Below the pieces are notes generated by a model. That model searched no databases. It was given only the letters and a program-made list of their open reading frames with translations, and was not told the origin of the DNA. Made by a program: the position numbers and the translations under genes. A stretch of DNA of 64,000 bases from an uncultured Aquimarina sp. (GTDB lineage Bacteria > Bacteroidota > Bacteroidia > Flavobacteriales > Flavobacteriaceae), in the NCBI GenBank assembly GCA_947492105.1, contig CANLMN010000004.1, positions 113,894 to 177,893 of the forward strand. Reading direction: 5' to 3'. Within the stretch, counting starts at the first letter, position 1. Every line of letters begins with the position of its first letter. Shown here one piece after another: positions 29,685 to 37,598 of the stretch.

Positions 29685-31514
29685 ATGAACTACTTTAAAC
29701 AAATTTTGAGTTACGCAAAGCCTTATAAGTTTTATGGAGGCATGAATATTTTGTGTAATATTTTTTACGCATTTTTTAACGCTATAGCCATGCTTTCTCT
29801 ATGGCCCGTGATTAATGTTTTATTCGGTAGCACAGAAAAAAACTATATAAAACCGGTTTGGAAAGGGCTATTTGAACTTAAAGATTACGGAACAGATTAT
29901 CTCAATTATTTTGTTACTAGACAAGAAGAATTAGCAGAGGGTAGCTCACTCACTTATGTAGTTATTACTATCATTTCCATGTTTTTGCTAAAAAATGCAT
30001 TCAGTTATTTGGCTAATTATTTCATTACTTTTTTACGTAATGGGGTGCTTCGAGATTTGCGAAATGATGTGTACGACAAAACCATAAGACTTCCCTTGTC
30101 TCACTTTTCTGAAAAAAGAAAAGGCGACACCATCTCTAGAATTTCGGGTGATGTTAACGCCATACAAACATCTTTTTTGGCAGTATTAGAGCTTATCATC
30201 AAAGAACCGCTCACCATTGTTTCTTTTATCATAATGATGTTCGGAATTAGTGTCAAACTCACAGTATTTGTTTTCATTTTTATTCCAGTTTCGGGTTTCT
30301 TTATCTCCCTACTAGGGAAAAAATTAAAAAAACATTCGGATAAGGTCATGAAAGAACAAGGATTCTTCTTTTCTATTGTAGAAGAGACCTTGGGTGGACT
30401 AAAAGTAATCAAAGGATTTACGGCAGAAATGCTATTTAATAAGAAGTTTCAAGAATCTACTTCTCGATTCTACAAACACTCCAACAACCTTGCTAATAGA
30501 CAAAACTTAGCATCACCCATAAGTGAGTTTCTTGGCATTAGTGTTATCGCTGTTATTTTGTGGTATGGCGGCAGAATGGTATTAATCGAAGGCTCTTTGG
30601 ATCCGGGGTTATTTATAACCTACATGGGGTTCTCCTACTCGATATTAACACCTGCAAAAGCAATAAGTAAAGCCTCTTACAGTATCAAAAGTGCCAATGC
30701 CTCGGCAGAACGTGTCTTAGAGCTCCTGAACACAGAATCTGCCTTGAAAGATCGTCCAAATGCACAAACCAAGCAAACATTTACTTCCAACATCACCCTA
30801 GAAAATGTATCCTTCAAGTATGACACCGACTATGTGTTACAAAACTTCAACTTAGAGGTTCTTAAAGGAAAAACAGTAGCACTTGTTGGACAGTCTGGAA
30901 GTGGAAAATCTACTATTGCCAATTTGGTTACCCGCTTTTATGATATCAACAAAGGAACTATCAAAATAGATGGTACCGATATTCGCGATCTTACCAAAAA
31001 TTCCTTACGCTCCATGATGGGTTTAGTGACACAGGACTCTATCTTATTCAATGACACCATTAAGAATAATCTTCTCATCGGAAAAGAAAATGCTACAGAG
31101 GAAGAAATTTTGGATGCACTCAAAATTGCCAATGCCTGGGAGTTCGTTAAAGAACTACCCCAAGGAATAGAAACCAACATTGGAGATAGCGGTAATAAAT
31201 TAAGTGGTGGCCAGAAACAAAGACTATCCATCGCAAGAGCTGTCCTTAAAAACCCACCTATCATGATCCTCGACGAAGCTACATCTGCTTTGGATACAGA
31301 AAGTGAACGGTTGGTACAATCTGCTCTAGAAAATATGATGAAAAATCGCACTAGTATTGTAATAGCACATCGCTTATCTACCATTCAAAACGCAGATTTG
31401 ATCGTTGTCATGAAAAAAGGACGCATCATAGAACAAGGAACACATGGAGAATTACTGGCCAAAAATGGTTCCTACCAGAAATTAGTCAATATGCAATCTT
31501 TAGAAAACGCATAA
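29685..31514 (+). CDS. ABC transporter, fused permease/ATP-binding protein (MsbA-like exporter)
   Basis: Six-TM domain, then Walker A GQSGSGKST, signature LSGGQKQR, Walker B ILDEATSALD. Confidence 0.9.
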   Translation: MNYFKQILSYAKPYKFYGGMNILCNIFYAFFNAIAMLSLWPVINVLFGSTEKNYIKPVWKGLFELKDYGTDYLNYFVTRQEELAEGSSLTYVVITIISMFLLKNAFSYLANYFITFLRNGVLRDLRNDVYDKTIRLPLSHFSEKRKGDTISRISGDVNAIQTSFLAVLELIIKEPLTIVSFIIMMFGISVKLTVFVFIFIPVSGFFISLLGKKLKKHSDKVMKEQGFFFSIVEETLGGLKVIKGFTAEMLFNKKFQESTSRFYKHSNNLANRQNLASPISEFLGISVIAVILWYGGRMVLIEGSLDPGLFITYMGFSYSILTPAKAISKASYSIKSANASAERVLELLNTESALKDRPNAQTKQTFTSNITLENVSFKYDTDYVLQNFNLEVLKGKTVALVGQSGSGKSTIANLVTRFYDINKGTIKIDGTDIRDLTKNSLRSMMGLVTQDSILFNDTIKNNLLIGKENATEEEILDALKIANAWEFVKELPQGIETNIGDSGNKLSGGQKQRLSIARAVLKNPPIMILDEATSALDTESERLVQSALENMMKNRTSIVIAHRLSTIQNADLIVVMKKGRIIEQGTHGELLAKNGSYQKLVNMQSLENA

Positions 31515-31683
31515 AAATTGTAGCCAAGGTTTTGTTTTTCTTCTCGTATTTTTTAGAAACCAATCCTTAATTTTAGATGATGGATGATGGATGAAATCCC
31601 CCTTCATCTTTCTACAAATTGAAGCGGTCTAAAAAAGACATTCTTAGATTACTAAAAAAATATACATTTGGACCAAAGATACA

Positions 31684-31768
31684 TGATACAATTATAGGCT
31701 AGTAATTCACTTCTATTACTACTATTTTTTCACTAAACAACGAAACTGTAGCCACGGCTATGTCTAAG
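31684..31768. repeat. family-B repeat, half copy ending at its hairpin tip
   Basis: ATTATAGGCTAGTAATTCACTTCTATTACTACTATTTTTTCACTAAACAACGAAACTGTAGCCACGGCTATG. Confidence 0.6.
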
Positions 31769-31928
31769 ACTATGTATCCTTTGAATTTACTGAGATAAAA
31801 TTTTCTTTTTTCGGCTCAGCTTCGGCATAAAAACAAACCGTACTAAGCCTATGCTTAATTTTTCTGCTGAAGCTGAAACAAAAAAATCTTAATCTCTCTT
31901 TCCGGTAAGTTCAAACAACAAATGGTAT
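31769..31928. repeat. family-A MITE-like repeat
   Basis: ACTATGTATCCTTTGAATTTACTGAGATAAAATTTTCTTTTTTCGGCTCAGCTTCGGC...TTCCGGTAAGTTCAAACAACAAATGGTAT. Confidence 0.8.
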
Positions 31929-32048
31929 AAATTCATATTCATAACACTGTCATTTTTTAATGTAAATACACCGTGATGCTATTGCATAGCCCTTAGCTAT
32001 GAAATATAAAACAAGTCAATATGCGACACTATATAGTCAATTTGGCAT
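31929..32048. repeat. family-C repeat, truncated and internally deleted
   Basis: ...ACACCGTGATGCTATTGCATAGCCCTTAGCTATG...GCGACACTATATAGTCAATTTGGCAT. Confidence 0.65.
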
Positions 32049-32152
32049 AAGAATATACACGATAGAGAAAATCTAGAAAAAGTGATGTAAAAGACACATT
32101 GAGACACTACCGTCTACGTACTTGAGAGTATCTATTTAAAAACCGATACTAT

Positions 32153-32280
32153 TAAAAGCAAACAAGCACCCCGAAGGGTGCTTGTTCTCACACAAATCAT
32201 TTTAATTTAGGGGTTAATCTAAAATTAAAACTCAAACTATAAACTTTATACGAATACCATAACTTTATTACGGTATTTAA
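32153..32280 (-). ncRNA. tandem small-RNA unit 1 (most divergent copy)
   Basis: -7 box TATATTTG (plus-strand caaatata, 32286-32293). Hairpin ATACC/GGTAT. Core ...TTTTAGATTAACCCCTAAATTAAAATGATTTGTGTG. Terminator AACAAGCACCC-ttcg-GGGTGCTTGTT followed by a T-rich tail. Confidence 0.55.
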
Positions 32281-33153
32281 TACTACAAATATACGGTCTT
32301 TTTTGAGTCTCACAAATTTTTTTCTCATTTTTTATCGAAAAAAAAAAGAGGCTTTCAATAAATAATCAAATAACTCACTACTAAACAGTTATTTAACGCT
32401 TGCTATTTCTACAGGTTTTACCCTATTCCCTGTAAGTTTAACCTATAAGATATTGTCTATAAGGAAGTCATAACAATCGGTAGGCCTTGTCTTTCAAAAT
32501 AACATATTTGAAATATGTTTATGCTGTCACGAATAAACACAATAGCGTACAAATTATATAAAAAACACATTTATGTATTCATATATTGTATAGACAGAAG
32601 GAATTAAGAAAACTTTATACTTCAAATAGGAAACCAACAAAAAGCTAATTCCTAGTAAAAATACTACAACTTAGACACATAATTAGTTGAATTGTTTTTA
32701 CATAATATAATTATGGTTACTACACCTATCACAAATATAATTCCTATATCAGAATTTCCATAACAGATCAAACATCTTACATTCGAACACCTTTAGAAAC
32801 ATTACAATATACTAACTCCAAAACATCATGAGTCTATGATCTAAACTCATTAATACACCATAGTATTACACTACTCCACATCAAAAAAGATGTTCAGAAC
32901 TCAATTACTATGTAACGCAAAATCTTCCACTCTATTATTTAAACAGTTGATTAATAAGTAAACCAATTAAAATACTTGAATAAGTAAAACTTCATCTCAA
33001 AAAAATAATTATTAGATTTTGACCCTTTTGTTATTGCGACGATAAAACAAGAATCTTCTCGTTTTCATGAAGAAAAAAACATAGAAATACCACTAATTGA
33101 TTGGAATAATCTGAAATCACTAAAAGGACACAAGCCTAATTAATTTTGCAATA

Positions 33154-33297
33154 CAAAAAACGCCCAACTGATATGAAGGGCGTCCAAACACAAATCATTT
33201 TAAATCTAGAGGTTAATCTAAATCAAAAAAACACTAACTAAAACTTTTAAATCATAATCGTCTTGGGGAGGACGTCTATCATTCATCAGCATTATTA
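33154..33297 (-). ncRNA. tandem small-RNA unit 2
   Basis: -7 box TATATTTG (33303-33310). 5' hairpin GACG-UCCUCCCCAA-GACG region. Conserved core ATTATGATTTAAAAGTTTTAGTTAGTGTTTTTTTGATTTAGATTAACCTCTAGATTTAAAATGATTTGTGTTTG. Terminator ACGCCC-N12-GGGCGT plus T6. Confidence 0.65.
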
Positions 33298-33348
33298 CTA
33301 TCACAAATATACTACAAAATTCCAAACCACCTACAAAATTAACACTAT

Positions 33349-33378
33349 TTATCTATAAAATACGTTTTTTATAGATAA
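33349..33378. promoter_or_regulatory. palindromic operator-like site upstream of unit 2
   Basis: TTATCTATAAAA-tacgtt-TTTTATAGATAA, perfect 12-bp arms (TTATCT-N18-AGATAA frame), 38 bp upstream of the -7 box. Confidence 0.55.
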
Positions 33379-33645
33379 TCTAACAGTTATCATTCAGCTC
33401 CAAAACCCAATTATTTAGACAAAAAATAAAACTAACTGAATAAAACATAAAATATAAGATACTGATATAAAGAAAATTATATTACAAAAAACTAACTATT
33501 TGTACTTACAATAGAGTTTAAAAAGGCGAACAGAACACATTACAATTAGACAATATCCTACAAACCTAAAACATTCTAAAAAAAGTACCATAAATTAATC
33601 ATTCAATTTGTATTTGAATGCTACAATTTTTAGAAATAGTTCAAA

Positions 33646-33787
33646 ATAAAAAACACTCTACCTAAAAGGTAGAGTGTTCAAACACAAATCATTTTAAATT
33701 TAGAGGTCAATCTAAATCAAAAAAACACTAACTAAAACTTTTAAATCATAATTGCCTAAGGCAGACACTTATCATTCATCAGTATTC
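33646..33787 (-). ncRNA. tandem small-RNA unit 3
   Basis: -7 box TATATTTG (33793-33800). Hairpin TGCC-tta-GGCA. Same core as unit 2. Terminator AACACTCTACC-ttta-GGTAGAGTGTT plus T6. Confidence 0.65.
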
Positions 33788-34195
33788 TACTACAAATATA
33801 ACATATTCTTGGACTAAACAGCAATAAAAATCATTTTATCTTGAAAAAAAGTATTTAATCGAATACAAAAAACTATTGAATCCATACTATCAAAAGAAAA
33901 ATACATCATTTTACCTCATACTTAGACGCAGCGCAATTACATGTTTCACTTCATTAAAAAAATTTCTTATCGGCTATAAACTTTAATAGAGTTACCCAAC
34001 TATGAGTTCGTAATAAAATATTAGACCAAAGCACTTAGAGAACTTCAAAAAAGACTTATATGTAATAAAACAAGACACACTTAACCGAAGTAATTAATCT
34101 TTTGTGGATTTTAGACTTTTAGAGACTTAAAACAAACTACCTGTTTACATTTACAGAAAACAGCCACATGCACACACCTTATTTCTTGGTATTAC

Positions 34196-34336
34196 CAAAA
34201 AAAACGCCCAACCAGAAGGAAGGGCGTTCAAACACAAATCATTTTAAATTTAGAGGTCAATCTAAATCAAAAAACACTAACTAAAACTTTTAAAATAATA
34301 CTTGCCGTAAGAGGCATGTATTATTTGTAAGTAGTA
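34196..34336 (-). ncRNA. tandem small-RNA unit 4
   Basis: -7 box TATATTTG (34342-34349). Hairpin ATACATGCC-tcttac-GGCAAGTAT. Same core. Terminator AACGCCC-N12-GGGCGTT plus T8. Confidence 0.65.
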
Positions 34337-34386
34337 CACTGCAAATATATCAAAATATTATGGTAAACAAAAAATAATACAGTTTT

Positions 34387-34416
34387 TTATCTTAAAAAAA
34401 TGCGCTTCACAGATAA
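34387..34416. promoter_or_regulatory. palindromic operator-like site upstream of unit 4
   Basis: TTATCT-N18-AGATAA, 37 bp upstream of the -7 box. Confidence 0.5.
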
Positions 34417-34832
34417 AAATCATGATAAATATCTAATAATCAGGGTTTAACAATAAAAACACATTACCCTATTATTAGTACAGTAAAACCATAATCAACA
34501 AATACCCGTATAATTCAAATAAACTATCAGAAAAGCATCTTAGAATTACAGAATATTCGCTTCTAAACATCGAACTAATTCTTCAAAAAAGCATGGATAC
34601 TTACTTCTAATCATATTTACCAAATAGAAATGAATATCAATCTAAGGATATACTTCTCTATTTCGACTGGAGTATATTAAATTCTATGTCCAAAAGAATT
34701 TAATCCTACAAATATGTTATTTATAGATCAAATATCTCTCCTGCATTTGGTAAGATCTTACTTTCAGAATCTTTTTTAGAACTATTTGATTCAATACTCT
34801 GACAAATAGAAAAAATAGTATTAGGTTTTACT

Positions 34833-34974
34833 ACAAAAAAACGCCCTACCTTATAGTAGAGCGTTCAAACACAAATCATCTTAAATTTAGGGGTTAATCT
34901 AAATCAAAAAAACACTAACTAAAACTCTAAATCATAATCGTCTTGGGGAAAACGTGTATCATTTGTAAGTATTA
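34833..34974 (-). ncRNA. tandem small-RNA unit 5
   Basis: -7 box TATATTTA (34980-34987). Hairpin CGT-tttccccaag-ACG. Same core. Terminator AACGCTCTAC-tataag-GTAGGGCGTT plus T7. Confidence 0.6.
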
Positions 34975-35014
34975 TAACGTAAATATACTACAATATCTTA
35001 AACAAACAAACATT

Positions 35015-35044
35015 TAATCTGTATTTTATGCATTTTATAGATAA
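35015..35044. promoter_or_regulatory. palindromic operator-like site upstream of unit 5
   Basis: TAATCT-N18-AGATAA, 27 bp upstream of the -7 box. Confidence 0.45.
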
Positions 35045-35140
35045 AAAATATTACTACAACCACTATATTTAGCTTTCTACTTTTCCAAAAAAGAGACTTC
35101 TCTATCTATTATTTTATACAAAAACTTAAAATAAGTAAAT

Positions 35141-35283
35141 ACAAAAAACGCTCTACCAATAAGTAGAGCGCTCAAACACAAATCATCTTAAATTTAGAAG
35201 CTAATCTAAATCAAAAAAAACACTAACTAAAACTTTTAAACTATAATTGCCTCGGGGAAAAGACAATTATAACGTAAGTATTA
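35141..35283 (-). ncRNA. tandem small-RNA unit 6
   Basis: -7 box TATATTTG (35289-35296). Hairpin TTGTC-ttttccccga-GGCAA. Core with loop variant TTAGCT. Terminator CGCTCTAC-ttattg-GTAGAGCG plus T6. Confidence 0.65.
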
Positions 35284-35321
35284 TAAGACAAATATAATAA
35301 AAAAAACCAAATAAAAACACT

Positions 35322-35351
35322 TTATCTTAAAAAAATGTCTTTAATAGATAA
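35322..35351. promoter_or_regulatory. palindromic operator-like site upstream of unit 6
   Basis: TTATCT-N18-AGATAA, 25 bp upstream of the -7 box. Confidence 0.5.
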
Positions 35352-35461
35352 AAAAAAGATACTGCTTACTTTTCGTGCTACTACGTATTTGTCGTCATAT
35401 TTTCTATGACAAATAGTATAATACTAAATAAATCAAAGAGTCTATGTATTCATAAATCATC

Positions 35462-35600
35462 AAAAAAAACTCTATTTATCAATAGAACATCCAACTACAA
35501 ATCATACAAAGCTTAGGAGATAATCTATAGCAAAAAACACTTACTAAAACTCTAAAATTACATTTATAACAGAAACCACAATTATATATTTGTAAGTATT
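35462..35600 (-). ncRNA. degenerate seventh unit (possible pseudo-copy)
   Basis: Recognisable but eroded core (GTTTTAGTAAGTGTTTTTTGCTATAGATTATCTCCTAAGCTTTGTATGATTTGTAGTTGG). Weak terminator TCTATT/AATAGA plus T8. No clear -7 box. Confidence 0.35.
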
Positions 35601-35837
35601 ATGTAATATTAGTAGTACAAAAAAATCATGAAACATCACTTCAACTATATAAAATACACTTTAAAGAATTATTATTTGATTTTTTCTTACATAATATTTC
35701 AAATAATATCATTTGAGCTGATAACGCAACCTTTATATCAATTAACGAGTTATATCGTTACGTCATAACTCTTTTTTCTATCTCTTTTTCTAATCTAAAC
35801 AGCTCAACAGTGTTATCATGTCCCTTTTTTCAGTATC

Positions 35838-36413
35838 TTGATTTTAATTTTTTCTAATTATCGTTATTTGAGTAGTCAAGAAGAAGAGGCGCTTATTGCA
35901 GCCTTACAATCCGAAAAACATGTAAATGAAGCTTTCAAAAAGCTCATTACGCTTTACAAAGAGCGTTTGTATTGGCATATACGATACATAACGAAAAATC
36001 ATGCTGATGCCGATGATGTGCTACAGAATGTTTTCATTAAAGTTTATAAGAATATAAAAAAATTTAAAGGAGATAGTAAATTATACTCTTGGTTATATCG
36101 TATCGCCACCAATGAAAGTTTGTCTTTTTTACAGCAAAAAGCAAAAAAGCAAAACATTAGTGATGGTGAACTACAGGAACAACTCATTCATAACCTCAAA
36201 GCAGATATCTATTATGATGGTGATGAAATACAATACAAATTAGAACAAGCTATTGCCACACTTCCATTTAAACAACAACAGGTTTTTATGCTCAAATACT
36301 ATCAAGAATTAAAATATCAAGAAATCTCAGAACTCTTAGGCACTAGCGAAGGTGCTCTCAAAGCCTCTTATCATCTAGCGGTCAAAAAAATTCAAAAATT
36401 TTTAAAAGAGTAA
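35838..36413 (+). CDS. ECF-type RNA polymerase sigma-70 family factor
   Basis: Region 2 (DADDVLQNVFIKVYKNIKKFKGDSKLYSWLYRIATNESLSFL) and region 4 (LPFKQQQVFMLKYYQELKYQEISELLGTSEGALKASYHLAVKKI). No ATG is available. Start is TTG at 35838 or the in-frame TTG at 35868. Confidence 0.85.
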   Translation: MILIFSNYRYLSSQEEEALIAALQSEKHVNEAFKKLITLYKERLYWHIRYITKNHADADDVLQNVFIKVYKNIKKFKGDSKLYSWLYRIATNESLSFLQQKAKKQNISDGELQEQLIHNLKADIYYDGDEIQYKLEQAIATLPFKQQQVFMLKYYQELKYQEISELLGTSEGALKASYHLAVKKIQKFLKE

Positions 36414-36450
36414 TTAAACCTTTTAAACATTTATTGATCTTACCTATATA

Positions 36451-36981
36451 ATGAAACAAAAATCACCACATACTAATAGAGGTTATAAAGTGCCGGATGA
36501 TTATTTTGCTAATGTCGAAAGCTCTTTTTTTGATACTATCAAAAACTCGGATCCAAAAGAACATGCTATACTTGACCATCCAAATCCCTCAGCCTACAAG
36601 GTACCCGACTCCTATTTTGAAGATCTAGAGGATCGCATACTAAAGAGAGTTCCTCCAACTAAAACTGAGGTAATCCCTTTATTTTCCAGAAAAAAACTTA
36701 TCTATACTACCATATCTATAGCTGCATTATTTGTATTAATACTATCCATTTATAAACAAAGTAATACCGCAAATAGTGACACAATCAATTTGATAGAGAC
36801 TGCATATCTACAAGACTATATAGACAATGGAGAATTAGAATTATCTCTTTTTGAAGTTGAAGACATTTTATTAGACCAAAATATCGATATTAGTGCAATA
36901 GATTCTGATGCCCTACAAGAAGAATCCTTATATCAATATCTAGAAGATCACATAGAAACAGAATATATATTAACAGAATAA
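36451..36981 (+). CDS. single-pass membrane protein, putative anti-sigma factor
   Basis: Operon position after the ECF sigma gene. One TM helix (LIYTTISIAALFVLILSIY). Internal duplication YKVPDDYFANVES / YKVPDSYFEDLED. Confidence 0.55.
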   Translation: MKQKSPHTNRGYKVPDDYFANVESSFFDTIKNSDPKEHAILDHPNPSAYKVPDSYFEDLEDRILKRVPPTKTEVIPLFSRKKLIYTTISIAALFVLILSIYKQSNTANSDTINLIETAYLQDYIDNGELELSLFEVEDILLDQNIDISAIDSDALQEESLYQYLEDHIETEYILTE

Positions 36982-36983
36982 TT

Positions 36984-37505
36984 ATGATTAAAAATAACAT
37001 ACTACTACCCCATAGAATTTTAGTAATACTACTTGTTTGCATATCTATCAATGCAATAGGCCAAAAAAGAGGTAATGAAAAGATAAAAGCCTTGAAAATT
37101 GCTCATATCACTCAGGAATTAAACCTAACTTCGGAAGAAGCGCAAAACTTCTGGCCAATTTATAATGCGCATATTACGACTATGAATGCCCTAAGAAAGA
37201 AAGAAAAGACTACCGTTTCTTCTGACATGCAACTTCTTGGAAGACTTACTGAAAAAGAAGCAACTACTGTTTTACAAGAATTACAAGATATCAAAAAACG
37301 AAGATTTGAAGCCAAAGAACAACTGATAGCAGATCTTGGCAAAGTAATATCAAATAAAAAAATAGTCTTACTCTCCCGAGCTGAGGATAATTTCAAGCAT
37401 ACCTTATTAAGACAATATGGTGATCAAAAAAAGATGATCGACCTACGAAGGAAAGCAATAGAAGAACGAAGGAAAGCGAAATTAGATGCTAAGATGAATA
37501 ATTAA
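36984..37505 (+). CDS. periplasmic Spy/CpxP-like helical protein (ECF-associated sensor type)
   Basis: Signal peptide, LTSEEAQNFWPIYNAH motif, Lys/Glu-rich helical remainder. Start is 3 nt after the upstream stop. Confidence 0.55.
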   Translation: MIKNNILLPHRILVILLVCISINAIGQKRGNEKIKALKIAHITQELNLTSEEAQNFWPIYNAHITTMNALRKKEKTTVSSDMQLLGRLTEKEATTVLQELQDIKKRRFEAKEQLIADLGKVISNKKIVLLSRAEDNFKHTLLRQYGDQKKMIDLRRKAIEERRKAKLDAKMNN

Positions 37506-37598
37506 TGCCACCAGTTATAAAATTACTTCTTTGAATATGCCATGCAAACCCAACCTAAAAAGGTATCTTTGCAAGCTTATTATTAATTTTGCTAAGAC

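Noticed and set aside
31576-31608. GATGATGGATGATGGATGA microrepeat followed by a GATGAA/TTCATC hairpin after the ABC exporter gene
   Set aside because: The stem is only 6 bp and the T-tract is poor. It is too weak to call a terminator or a meaningful tandem repeat.
33262-33290. Small ORF inside sRNA unit 2 (ATG..., 23 codons, MLMNDRRPPQDDYDLKVLVSVFLI)
   Set aside because: The frame is not conserved. The equivalent ATG in unit 3 gives 7 codons, and other units lack it. The conservation pattern follows RNA structure, not codons.
32153-35610. Could the repeat array be a CRISPR array?
   Set aside because: The units are about 130-145 nt, not 24-48 nt. Spacing is irregular (308-1001 bp). Each unit has its own promoter-like box and terminator. 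No cas genes are present in the window.
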